Shown here: piece after piece, positions 1 to 11,053 of the stretch
Layout of the letters: each line of letters begins with the position of its first letter
Position numbering within the stretch: the first letter of the stretch is position 1
Assembly: GCA_016699365.1 (NCBI GenBank)
Contig: CP064973.1
Location: 429,684-493,683, forward strand
Direction: 5' to 3'
Source: Candidatus Nomurabacteria bacterium
Lineage (GTDB): Bacteria > Patescibacteriota > Minisyncoccia > Phycocordibacterales > UBA9973
Length of the DNA: 64,000 bases
The notes under the pieces: model-generated
The model's input: only the letters and a program-made list of their open reading frames with translations
Database searches by the model: none
Told to the model about the DNA's origin: nothing
Position numbers and translations under genes: made by a program

Positions 1-950
1 AGAATCAAGGCAATTGGTGAGGCAATATTTTTTCCTGCAGCAGTTGGCCATGTGCCATGAGTTGCTTCAAATATTGCGCATTTGTCACCGATATTTGCAC
101 CAGGAAGAAGTCCGATACCGTTTTCACCTCCAACGATACCACCGCATAAATCTGAGAGTATGTCTCCATAGAGATTAAGGGTGACAATCATATCAAACTT
201 ATTAGGAATCGATACAAGCTTCTGTGTAGTGTTATCTATAAGCCACACGCTCTCAAGTGTTATTCCCGGATACTCAGACTTCTTTTCTTCAAAAAGTTGC
301 TCACAAGTTTGAGCGAAAAGTAAATCAGTTGCCTTCATGATGTTGCGTTTTGTAACAACAGCAATTTTTTTACGGCCGTGCTCTTTTGCATACTCAAGTG
401 CAGAATTCATAATTCTTCTCGTACCTTCGACCGAAGTAAACTTAATGCTCAATCCGGAATCCATAGGAATTTGATTATTTGGACGTAAAGTGTTTATTGT
501 GTTTATTAAGTCCACAGTTTCCCGGTCGAATACTTTAAATTCTACTCCACTGTATAAATCTTCCACATTCTCACGAAAGATTACAATATCAGTACCCTGA
601 TAATTTTTTACCGCAGCATTCATGCCTTGATAGTATTTTATCGGACGCACACAAGCGTGCAGATTCAGTGCTTTACGCAACATCACATTTGGTGATGTGT
701 CGGAATCATCTGTTGGTGTATTCATTGGCGCTTTTATTGCGACAGGATTTTTACGGATCACATCAAGTACCTCCTTGGGAAGTCGGGCTCCTGTTGCTTC
801 CAATGCCTTGTCGCCTGTTACAAGGGGAATCCAACGTATGTTTTTACCGTCGAGGGCAAGTGCATATTCAACAACTTTTTGCATAGCTGGAACGATATCA
901 ACAGCTGTGCCGTCTCCGAGGAGAATTGGGAAATGTCCAATTATTGTATT
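1..950 (-). CDS. icd: NADP-dependent isocitrate dehydrogenase (partial; C-terminus lies beyond the window's left edge)
   Basis: Minus-strand ORF starts with ATG at 948-950 (MNTIIGHFPILLGDGTA...) and is still open at position 1. It carries ICD-family motifs: FRENVEDLYSG, NLYGDILSDL, GANIGDKCAIFEATHGTA (compare E. coli GANIGDECALFEATHGTA). It is absent from the ORF track because no stop codon falls in the window. Confidence 0.7.
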
Positions 951-1015
951 CATAAATAACGTTTATTTTTTTATATTTTAGCATAAATAACTCTACTTGT
1001 CAAAATAAGGTTTTT

Positions 1016-1963
1016 TTGTTAAGCTCTGCTAAAATTAAGCACATGAAATTACATTTTGATAAAGATTTAAAGAAACTTACACTTTCTGCTTTTGGTAATG
1101 AGTTAGCTCAAATTATGGGGCACGATACTGATGAGAATGGTAATCGAGTATATATGAGAGATGAGCAAGAGGAGATAGAAGTAGTAACTATAGATAGTCC
1201 AGTCTTGGTAACAGATAACTACAAGATTGCGCAATTGGATCCAATAAAGCGAGATACAGTCTTTGCTCTATATAGCGCACCTACCAAGATTACAGATTAC
1301 GATGGGACAGTGATTCGATTTGAACAGAAGCGTTTTCCGGGAGTATGGGGTCCGTCTATAGATACGCTATTATTTTGTCGTGCGCTTTCAAAAGTCGATT
1401 TATCTGGAGTAAAAAAAGTTTTAGAGATTGGTCCAGGTTCAGGATTTATTTCAAAATATATTTTGGATCATGTACCTGGAGTAGAGAAGCTTTATGCAAT
1501 TGATTTAAATGAAAAGGCTGCGGAGTGTACTCGAGAGAATATTCCAGATTCGCGTGTGGAGTCCGCTGTAGGAGATGCGCTTGAGTTTATCAAAGACAAT
1601 ACCTTCGACTTAATAGTCTGCAATCCACCATATATTCCACGTCCGAAAAGTATCGACGATAATCCATATGAAGGTGTTAGTTTACTCGCGTATTTATTAG
1701 AAAGAGGGAAGGAACATTTGAATCCAGATGGAGTTATTGTGACAAATATTTCTAGTCTTTCTGATTGTGTGATTGATCCATTGTTGCAAGAAAAAAATAT
1801 TTCTGTGTCCGAGATTGATTCGATGATTGTTCCGCTGAAAGTCTACAATGTTCTGAATAATACTACTTGGATGGAATATCTTTTAGAAAACAAAGGATTG
1901 ATTCAGGATTCACATGATGGATATGACTTCTGGCACAAATTGAAAATAGTCTTGCTCAAATAA
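1016..1963 (+). CDS. Class I SAM-dependent methyltransferase with NPPY motif (HemK/PrmC-like or rRNA m2G MTase-like)
   Basis: SAM-binding motif LEIGPGSGFIS, acidic DLNE, and catalytic DLIVCNPPYIP, which is typical of N5-glutamine/N6-adenine/N2-guanine methyltransferases. The N-terminal ~100 aa are not recognised. Start may be 1043. Confidence 0.6.
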   Translation: MLSSAKIKHMKLHFDKDLKKLTLSAFGNELAQIMGHDTDENGNRVYMRDEQEEIEVVTIDSPVLVTDNYKIAQLDPIKRDTVFALYSAPTKITDYDGTVIRFEQKRFPGVWGPSIDTLLFCRALSKVDLSGVKKVLEIGPGSGFISKYILDHVPGVEKLYAIDLNEKAAECTRENIPDSRVESAVGDALEFIKDNTFDLIVCNPPYIPRPKSIDDNPYEGVSLLAYLLERGKEHLNPDGVIVTNISSLSDCVIDPLLQEKNISVSEIDSMIVPLKVYNVLNNTTWMEYLLENKGLIQDSHDGYDFWHKLKIVLLK

Positions 1964-1964
1964 A

Positions 1965-1995
1965 ATAAAACCTCGCATTATGCGAGGTTTTTTTA
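1965..1995. terminator. Rho-independent terminator between convergent genes; hairpin flanked by A and T runs, so it can act in both directions
   Basis: Hairpin CCTCGCATTATGCGAGG flanked by an A-run and a T-run. Confidence 0.6.
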
Positions 1996-2733
1996 TTTTA
2001 ATCCTAATTGTTTTAAAAAAGTTTCGAGCTCTGCTCCCATTATAGATCTATGTTGACCTGGCTTTAGATTGCCCAATTCTATATTCATTATTCGGAAGCG
2101 CACAAGTTCACTTACGTCGAATCCATAGGCCATTGCCATACGTCTGATCTGGCGGTTTTTCCCTTCAGTTAGCACTATTTCAAGTGTTGTAGGGTCTACC
2201 TTTCGAACTAGAGCTCTTCGGGTATTTACTCCTGCGCCGATACGAATACCTTCCTTCATTCCACGCAGAAGATTATTTGTTACAGGCTTGCTTACAGTTA
2301 TGCGGTATTCTTTGTCATGATTTTTCTTTGGATCAAGTAATGCTCCAGTTACACGTCCATCGTTTGTAATTATGATTAGTCCGTGTGAGTCTTTGTCGAG
2401 TCTTCCAATAGGGAACATTCCTTCTCCAAAATCTTTGACTGGTATTGCTCTTTCGCCTGGGTTTGGTCCTACGGTTACAATTCCAACTGGCTTATGATAT
2501 GCGATGTATTTGTAATCGCTAGTAGTGTCTTTTAAAACTTTTACATCATCTTGATCAGTAACTTTCATTCCTATAGTAGCGACTTTTCCATTCACCAAAA
2601 TAACACCACTTTCGATTAGCTTGTCTGCTCCACGACGAGTTGCAATATTTTTTATTGCAAGATAATGATTTAGTCTGATTGGATCACTGGTTTTATTTTT
2701 AACTTGTTTTTTTGTCTTTGAGTTTATGGGCAT
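1993..2733 (-). CDS. rRNA pseudouridine synthase, RsuA/RluB family
   Basis: S4-like N-terminus (RLNHYLAIKNIATRRGADKLIESGVILVNGK) and catalytic GRLDKDSHGLIIITNDG. Start moved to the internal Met (MPINSK) to reduce the overlap with the upstream MFS gene (2699-3856); about 35 nt of overlap remain. Confidence 0.75.
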   Translation of the reverse strand: MPINSKTKKQVKNKTSDPIRLNHYLAIKNIATRRGADKLIESGVILVNGKVATIGMKVTDQDDVKVLKDTTSDYKYIAYHKPVGIVTVGPNPGERAIPVKDFGEGMFPIGRLDKDSHGLIIITNDGRVTGALLDPKKNHDKEYRITVSKPVTNNLLRGMKEGIRIGAGVNTRRALVRKVDPTTLEIVLTEGKNRQIRRMAMAYGFDVSELVRFRIMNIELGNLKPGQHRSIMGAELETFLKQLGLK

Positions 2734-3856
2734 AAAAAATTCCTGACAATACAAATACTCCGAGTACTATGTAAAGTGTTTTAAATGGTAATGTTCCTAT
2801 AATAAGTGTTCCAAATATTGGTGCAACCACGAAAGCTAGTGGTGACATATCTCTGAAGATGCTTATGAAGTTGCTTTCCTTATCTGTAACTTTTTTGAAA
2901 AAATGAACCTCTATCATAACTTCTGTTATAGCTGCTCCAACTCTAGTTAGGAAAAGGAAGAATGCCCATAGAATTATATTTTTAGGTAGAGTAGGTAGAA
3001 ACAGAGTTGCTACTCCCATAATAATCAATCCCAAAATTAGAAATGTTTTTTCACCATGTCTATCGGACCGTCTTCCAAGTGGTAACTCTAAGAGTATGAA
3101 CGGTAGAAGCATTATGGTAAATATGATTCCTATGTTTTCCCAGGAAAACCCTATGTGTTCATGTAGATATATCGGCGTATATATAATCATCCATGCATAA
3201 AAGAACTGTAGGACAAAGTTTAGCACAGTAATCGATCTGAGCTCATGCTGGCTCCACAGTAGATTCAATGTTTTTACAAACGGGGCTCGAACATATGGTG
3301 CGTCATGATAGTTTTTTATTTGAGTCAAAACAGTATAAAAAACTATAAATATAAACATCATTGATACTCCATAAAGCAGAGGGTATCCGCCGTTACTCAT
3401 AAGTATCCCAGCAATTACAGGGGATATTACCCAAGCTGTGTTAATAACAGTTAGATAAAATCCTCTCATCTTGCCGATTTTTTTACTATCGGAGAAATGC
3501 TGAACAAATATATCAAATGAAAATACTATTACGTTGTTTGTTACTAGATAAAATATGAACCCTATAAGTTGCAGCGTTGGTCTTCCGAAAGATGTTAAAG
3601 CTACTAAAGATAAAAAACTAATCACAAGCAATCCAAGTAAGGTAAATTTATTCCCAAATTTACTAATTACTTTTGGTATCAGAGAAAGTGCTAGTAGTGT
3701 AACTATTGCACTAGCAGTGAAGATTATACCCACGATTGATTCCTGAGTTATTTCACTTACAAATGTCGAGTTTATGTATGAAGCTATTGCGATCTGAAGC
3801 GCAAAGAAAAAACTTGCTATATAAACTGTTTTAATTATCTTTATAGGCGCGCTCAT
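2699..3856 (-). CDS. MFS-type transporter
   Basis: 385 aa with ~12 predicted TM helices and MFS-like loops (GRRSDRHGEK between TM halves). Confidence 0.55.
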   Translation of the reverse strand: MSAPIKIIKTVYIASFFFALQIAIASYINSTFVSEITQESIVGIIFTASAIVTLLALSLIPKVISKFGNKFTLLGLLVISFLSLVALTSFGRPTLQLIGFIFYLVTNNVIVFSFDIFVQHFSDSKKIGKMRGFYLTVINTAWVISPVIAGILMSNGGYPLLYGVSMMFIFIVFYTVLTQIKNYHDAPYVRAPFVKTLNLLWSQHELRSITVLNFVLQFFYAWMIIYTPIYLHEHIGFSWENIGIIFTIMLLPFILLELPLGRRSDRHGEKTFLILGLIIMGVATLFLPTLPKNIILWAFFLFLTRVGAAITEVMIEVHFFKKVTDKESNFISIFRDMSPLAFVVAPIFGTLIIGTLPFKTLYIVLGVFVLSGIFYAHKLKDKKTS

Positions 3857-3881
3857 TTATAAGCTAGTATAGCACGACTGC

Positions 3882-5864
3882 TTACATACTTAAGAGGACA
3901 GGTATTACAAGAGGACGTTTAGCTGTTTTTTGGAACAAGAATTTTGATACTTCATCAGTTACAGCTCCTTTTATGTAATCAAAGTTTATAGGATTTGCTC
4001 CGTTCGTTGTTTCTTCGATTGTTTTCTTGATTATTATACGAGCTTGTCTTAGTAGTTCTTGGTTTTCTTTTAGATATACGAATCCACGAGAGATTAAGTC
4101 TGGAGATTTTTTTAGTTTACCTGTCTTGCCATCAACTATTACCATAACTATAAACATTCCGTCTTCTGCGAGCATTCGGCGATCACGTATGACCACTTCC
4201 TGTTCATCTCCTACAGAGAAACCGTCCACCATCATGTTTCCTGAAGGCGCTTTCTCTTTTCGTAGAACCATTTTTTCTCCATTTTCATTTATCTCTATAA
4301 TTGATCCATTGTCTGGAACAATAACATTACTCTCTGGCATACCAAGAGACATAGCTAATTCTTTGTGGAGCTTTAGCATGTAGTGATTTCCATGTATTGG
4401 GATAAAGAATTTTGGGTGAGTCTTTCTGTGCAACCATTTTATTTCAGGGACGTTCCCATGCCCTGTAGAGTGGATCGATACTTCACTTGTTCTGTAGTGG
4501 ATTATTCTAACTCCTTGGCGAGCAAGATTGTCTTTTAGTTTTTGAACAGCGAGCTCATTTCCAGGAACAATCGATGCAGATAGGACAATAGTATCTCCTT
4601 TTCCGAGTCTAAAGTTTTTGTGAGTTTTATTTGATGCGCGCATCAATGCTGAAAATTCTTCTCCTTGTCCTCCAGTAGAAAGAATAATAATACGATCTGG
4701 TGGGTAATTTTCAACTTCTTCAATAGATATGATAGTGCCTTTCTTTGGATTTAGTAGACCTGCTTGGATTGAAACCTCCATGTTTGTTTTCATACTTCGC
4801 CCTTCAAGTACTATATGTTTGTTTAAGCTTTCGGCTATCTCTACAACTTTTATCAATCGTTCAATATGAGATGCAAAAGCTGCGATAATAAGTCTTCCTT
4901 TTACACTTTTTATAATACTTTCGAGTCCTTTGTGCACTTCAGTTTCAGGAATTGCCCAATCTGGGTTCTCTATATTTGTAGAGTCAGTCATAAGAAGCAG
5001 TACTTTAGCTTCATCAAAAATACTATATTCTTTTTCTTCTCTATCAGAAGGTATTCCGTTTTGGTGTTCTAGTTTGTAGTCTCCAGGGGTTACTATCCAT
5101 CCGTAAGGTGTCTCTACTATTATTCCCATTGAATCTGGAACAGTATGAGTCACTCCAAAAAATCGCACTTTTATATTTCCAAGTGTTATGACACTTTCAT
5201 TTTCAACTATGTGTGCGTCTAGAGGTTTTAGGTGAGGGAATTCAGATTGACGCTTCTTCATTAGAAGTACAGACAGATTTCGTGAATAGATTGGTGGGTT
5301 ACCAATACGATCCATTACTATAGGCACACCTCCAATGTGGTCTAAGTGTCCATGTGTAATAATCATCGCGCGGATTTTGTCTTTGCGTTCTTCTAAATAA
5401 GTTGTGTTCGGGATGATGTAATCGATACCTGGAGTATCATCAGTTTTAAATTGCATACCTGCGTCGATGACAATTATATCGTTTCCGATTTCAATCGCAG
5501 TCATGTTCTTTCCGATTTCTTCAACTCCACCTAGAGGTATGATACGTACTACTCCTGGTCCAACTGGTGGTATGTGATTTGTTTGTTTAGGTTTGTTTGT
5601 TGGTAGGTGAGTAGTTACACTTTGGATTCCGTTTTTACGGGATCCATGTTTTTGGTATCTATAACCACCACTTCTTTTTGGTGCACCTTTAGTAAAAGGT
5701 TTTTTAGCATCTTTGCTTGTTGTATTTGTATGTGTCGCATGTGTATGTGGTGTATGTGATCCACCATGTGCTTGTATGTGTGCTGGGTGTCGAGCAGGAG
5801 CTTTTAAATCTCTGCTACTGTGCGGAGCATCTTTTTTTTGTATTGGTTTTTGTATTTTTTGCAT
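3882..5864 (-). CDS. rnj: Ribonuclease J (beta-CASP metallo-beta-lactamase RNase) with an N-terminal His/Thr-rich basic extension
   Basis: Core motifs IIPLGGVEEIGKNMTAIE, HGHLDHIGG and a beta-CASP domain. The first ~100 aa are low-complexity (HIQAHGGSHTPHTHATHTNTTSKDAKK...). No alternative start codon precedes the catalytic core. Confidence 0.8.
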   Translation of the reverse strand: MQKIQKPIQKKDAPHSSRDLKAPARHPAHIQAHGGSHTPHTHATHTNTTSKDAKKPFTKGAPKRSGGYRYQKHGSRKNGIQSVTTHLPTNKPKQTNHIPPVGPGVVRIIPLGGVEEIGKNMTAIEIGNDIIVIDAGMQFKTDDTPGIDYIIPNTTYLEERKDKIRAMIITHGHLDHIGGVPIVMDRIGNPPIYSRNLSVLLMKKRQSEFPHLKPLDAHIVENESVITLGNIKVRFFGVTHTVPDSMGIIVETPYGWIVTPGDYKLEHQNGIPSDREEKEYSIFDEAKVLLLMTDSTNIENPDWAIPETEVHKGLESIIKSVKGRLIIAAFASHIERLIKVVEIAESLNKHIVLEGRSMKTNMEVSIQAGLLNPKKGTIISIEEVENYPPDRIIILSTGGQGEEFSALMRASNKTHKNFRLGKGDTIVLSASIVPGNELAVQKLKDNLARQGVRIIHYRTSEVSIHSTGHGNVPEIKWLHRKTHPKFFIPIHGNHYMLKLHKELAMSLGMPESNVIVPDNGSIIEINENGEKMVLRKEKAPSGNMMVDGFSVGDEQEVVIRDRRMLAEDGMFIVMVIVDGKTGKLKKSPDLISRGFVYLKENQELLRQARIIIKKTIEETTNGANPINFDYIKGAVTDEVSKFLFQKTAKRPLVIPVLLSM

Positions 5865-5873
5865 ATTTAATAT

Positions 5874-7628
5874 CTATTCATTCGAACGGGCAAATATTTT
5901 CCATACTGCATCGCTCTCTATATACCACTTGTAAACAGTGGCAAGCCGATCATGAGGTTCGACAATATGATCGACAGTTAATCCTTTTAATTTTTTTGGT
6001 AATACATAAATAAAGTCAGGGGAGTATATAAACACAGCAGCATTATCATCTTTTATAACTTGTTCAAATTTTACATAATTGGTAAGTCTATCTTCACTAG
6101 AGAGTAACCCTTGGGCTTTTTCTAAGTAAGTATCAGCTTTAGTGTTTGTGTACAGTGCTATGTTTAGTCCAGGATCATTTCTCTGGGATGAATGCCAAAA
6201 AGCAAATAGGTCATTTTCAGTACTTATTATTTGACCGAAAAGTAATACATCATATTTTCTAGGACGTATAACATTTTGATTTAATACGCCAATTTCAAAT
6301 ATTTTTAATTCTACATCTGCTCCTATTGCTTCTAAATTCTCTTTTATAATTTCTCCAGATCTTTTCAATTCTGGTGCATCACCGGTGGAGATAGAGAATT
6401 CTAATCTTGTATTTCCAGATTTACCTTTTTTTATCATTATCCCGTCTTCTCCTCTAGACCATCCATTCTTCTCTAATATGCTTACAGCTTCATCTATCGA
6501 TGCCATTTTTGTTTCTTCAGTATTAAATGATGTTCCATCTAGAAGTGTTTTTGGAATAGGGCTATCAATTGTTTGACCGTAATTGTATAGAACCTCGTTT
6601 ATTATTCTATCTTTGTCGATAGCTGTATTGAATGCACTGATTACTGATTTATCTAAAAATACAGGAGATTGATTTTGATTAAAGAATAAGCCGAATATTC
6701 TAGGTAGGGTAGTGGTTTCAATTCTCGCTCCGCTCTCTTCTAATTCTCGGGCTTTCTCTGGAGTTATAGCACTCATACTTTCTATGGATCTGTTTTTATA
6801 AGCACGAATCATATCATCTTCGTTTACATAGAAGTTAAATGTGATGCGATTTACAAAAGGTTTTCCAAGAGTAAATTTACTGAATGATTTTAAAGTATAT
6901 GAACTAGGTGCTCCAGAACTTTTTTTATCTATATCTTTTACTAGATAAGGACCAGAACCAATTGCTTTTGAATTATACTCACTAAAATTCCATTCCTCGA
7001 TAGGTATGTCTTTCCATATATGATATGGAAGTATTCCTATTGTTGCGTTGTCCAAGAAAGATGCGAAACGCTGTCTAAGTGTAAATGATATTGTGAGATC
7101 GTCTATTTTTTCGACTTCAACACCTTCCCATTCAACTCTCCTAGGGCTTTTCAATAGAGGATCTTGAATTTTCTCTATTGTGAAGATTACATCATCGGCT
7201 GTTAGAGGTTCTCCGTCATGAAAAGTTAGCTTTTCATGAAGTTTGAAGGTGTAAGTTAATCCATCGCTTGATATCTCGTAGCTTTCAGCTAAATCAGGAA
7301 CTATAGATCCATCTGGCATCTTTCTTACAAGTCCAGAAAAAACCACGCTTACCAAATCATCGTCGGTGTCGGAAAGTGCTAGTACTGGGTTAACGAATCT
7401 CGGAGTACCCACTATTCCTTCTGTTATTGATCCACCACTAGCTGGAACTTCAATAATAAAATTAGAATTTATTTTACCTAATATGATAAAAGTCGTAATT
7501 ACGAGAGCGGTCAAAATAGTAACAAAAACAACCCATTCTTTTCTTGTTAAATAGTGTGGGATTGCCGCCAACTCTTGTTTCTTTGGAAAACGAAGTCCAC
7601 GAGCTTTTCTAAATAAGTTTTGGAACAT
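5874..7628 (-). CDS. ABC transporter substrate-binding protein, family 5 (peptide/nickel type), membrane-anchored
   Basis: N-terminal TM anchor followed by an SBP_bac_5-like core (TYTFKLHEKLTFHDGEPLTADDVIFTIEKI). Confidence 0.65.
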   Translation of the reverse strand: MFQNLFRKARGLRFPKKQELAAIPHYLTRKEWVVFVTILTALVITTFIILGKINSNFIIEVPASGGSITEGIVGTPRFVNPVLALSDTDDDLVSVVFSGLVRKMPDGSIVPDLAESYEISSDGLTYTFKLHEKLTFHDGEPLTADDVIFTIEKIQDPLLKSPRRVEWEGVEVEKIDDLTISFTLRQRFASFLDNATIGILPYHIWKDIPIEEWNFSEYNSKAIGSGPYLVKDIDKKSSGAPSSYTLKSFSKFTLGKPFVNRITFNFYVNEDDMIRAYKNRSIESMSAITPEKARELEESGARIETTTLPRIFGLFFNQNQSPVFLDKSVISAFNTAIDKDRIINEVLYNYGQTIDSPIPKTLLDGTSFNTEETKMASIDEAVSILEKNGWSRGEDGIMIKKGKSGNTRLEFSISTGDAPELKRSGEIIKENLEAIGADVELKIFEIGVLNQNVIRPRKYDVLLFGQIISTENDLFAFWHSSQRNDPGLNIALYTNTKADTYLEKAQGLLSSEDRLTNYVKFEQVIKDDNAAVFIYSPDFIYVLPKKLKGLTVDHIVEPHDRLATVYKWYIESDAVWKIFARSNE

Positions 7629-7701
7629 AAATTATTTGGAGTTTGTTTTAATGTGAAATTGTTTTCACATTTTTAGTTTTAAGATACAGTTTTAAACTAT
7701 A

Positions 7702-7932
7702 CTAGACTAGAACAGCAGCAAGACTTGCCAATGTCAATAATACAGCTGTGATAATTGCTGTATAAAAGAGTACTTTCTCAAACCCGCGTCGTGTGTGGAA
7801 TGTGGATAGGCTGTCTGAGCCACCAAAAGTGCCACCCAAGCCTGCGCTTGATTGCTGGAGAAGTATTGATATGACTAGAATAATAGATAGAAAAATCTGT
7901 ATGTAAGGCAATGCCTCAGTGATCGTACTCAT
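7702..7932 (-). CDS. secG: Preprotein translocase subunit SecG
   Basis: Two TM helices with SecG signature LLQQSSAGLGGTFGGSDSLSTF. Start set at the internal Met (MSTITEALPY...). The ORF-track start at 7968 probably reads through the promoter region. Confidence 0.55.
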   Translation of the reverse strand: MSTITEALPYIQIFLSIILVISILLQQSSAGLGGTFGGSDSLSTFHTRRGFEKVLFYTAIITAVLLTLASLAAVLV

Positions 7933-8071
7933 AGATATGAGCATAGCAGATTGACGTATTTTTGGCAAACTATAACTGTGTTTATAGTGTTTTATTTTGT
8001 CCTAAAAACTGCTAAATAATTATATTTAACATAGGTTTAATAGGGGATTTTTATCAATTTGCCCTATGGGG

Positions 8072-8100
8072 TTGACATTGCTTTGCACCTCGTCTATACT
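8072..8100 (+). promoter_or_regulatory. Near-consensus sigma70 promoter upstream of the 16S rRNA gene
   Basis: TTGACA (8072-8077), 17-nt spacer, TATACT (8095-8100). Confidence 0.5.
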
Positions 8101-8305
8101 ATCCTTACTCTACATATAAGTAGGGTAACTAACAGACATATGAAAAACTAACTTTTTTAATCTAAACAAGTAAAGTTTGATTGCGCCTGTTGGACGCTTT
8201 TTTCTTTGAAAATTCAAGAAGCTAAGTAATGTAATAATCTGAGTCTAAAAATAGTTTATGTTTTCTTTTGTTTCGTTCTATTTCAAAAAGACAGAGCAAT
8301 CTGTT

Positions 8306-9856
<1,551 letters not shown>

Positions 9857-10118
9857 TGAAACCCCTTCATATTTATATGAAGTTAAGGTGTCGGTATTGT
9901 ATGCCTCAATTGAGCATACAATGGTCAGTTAAGCGCGGACCTAAAAGCAGCTTTGACAGGAGGGAAAGCCACCCCAATAGAACGAAACAAAAGAGTATAG
10001 AAACTATTAGATTTTACATATAAAAACGCCCACATCGGGTTGTTTTTTGTTTTTAGAAAGAAGCTTAAACGGATTGACTTTTTGTATATTTGTGATATTA
10101 TAAGGAAAACGTACCAAA

Positions 10119-10724
10119 ATGGAAAAAAACTTATATTTATTTGCTTTTACTGCATTTATTGCCTTTATGGTTTCGTGTGATAAATACGAGATTCCGGAGC
10201 CAATTGAGTCGATTCCTTACCAGGGAGAGACAGGTGATACTGTCGATATTCCGGGTGGAGAGGATACTATTCCACCAACTGGAGAAGAAGACATTTTAGC
10301 TCCGTTTAAGGCGGACGCAGATGTATTTTTTGTGGATTTCCAAATGGCATTCATTGCCGATCCAACTGCTGATTCGCTTTTACGAATCCCGATGCTGGAT
10401 TCGATATATGATCGTTGGGCAATCTACAATGCAGGATTTATTGACGGATATTTTGCTTCGATTGTTGGAGCAGAGGTCCCAGCTGACTCACTAATCCCGA
10501 CATTCTTGCCGGATGAAGTGTGGGATACGTTGGTTACAATTTACCCAGCTTTGTTTAGTGGATTTTTGTCAGACATCCAGATTGATTTACTCGATCCGGG
10601 TGAGGCCGAGGAAATCTTTAATGAAAGGTGCAACGTAATCATCGATATCGTCATGAATAGACGATGTGATGAGTGGGTTGATAAATACTTTGGCCGTTAT
10701 GCCAATCCTCGTAAAATCCATTGA
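10119..10724 (+). CDS. Hypothetical acidic lipoprotein
   Basis: Signal peptide plus lipobox (FMVSC). Acidic and Pro/Glu-rich. GC content (~44%) is above the local average. Confidence 0.45.
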   Translation: MEKNLYLFAFTAFIAFMVSCDKYEIPEPIESIPYQGETGDTVDIPGGEDTIPPTGEEDILAPFKADADVFFVDFQMAFIADPTADSLLRIPMLDSIYDRWAIYNAGFIDGYFASIVGAEVPADSLIPTFLPDEVWDTLVTIYPALFSGFLSDIQIDLLDPGEAEEIFNERCNVIIDIVMNRRCDEWVDKYFGRYANPRKIH

Positions 10725-10749
10725 TAAATAAGGCCAAAAAAGTTTTTTA

Positions 10750-10786
10750 AAGCCCCGCACCCGCGGGGCTTTTACTATTTTTTAGG
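10750..10786 (+). terminator. Rho-independent terminator
   Basis: Hairpin GCCCCGCACCCGCGGGGC followed by a T-rich tract. Confidence 0.55.
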
Positions 10787-11053
10787 TATAAAATTTTAAT
10801 ATCAACCAACACTATACACTTGGTCATGGTACGGCCAAACAAAACAAGAGTGATTATTTTTATCTTTGAAAAAATATTTTTACGACACTAAATAAGTCTT
10901 TGTTATAAGGCTCGTGCGACACACATCTTTACAAGAAAATTTTTTTGTTTTACGGATATAAAAAGTGAGTTATCCACTACGACAAGAAAAAAAAATTTAG
11001 GTACAATGAATACCACAAGTTAGAACTTTTTATTAATTTATTTTTTATTGCGC

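Noticed and set aside
4027-4383. Multiple antisense or alternate-frame ORFs inside confident genes (for example 4027-4383 +, 11836-12087 -, 19000-19197 -, 24523-25152 +, 41038-41544 +)
   Set aside because: They fall inside strongly supported housekeeping genes on the opposite strand or frame, and their translations are low-complexity with no motifs. Treated as spurious.
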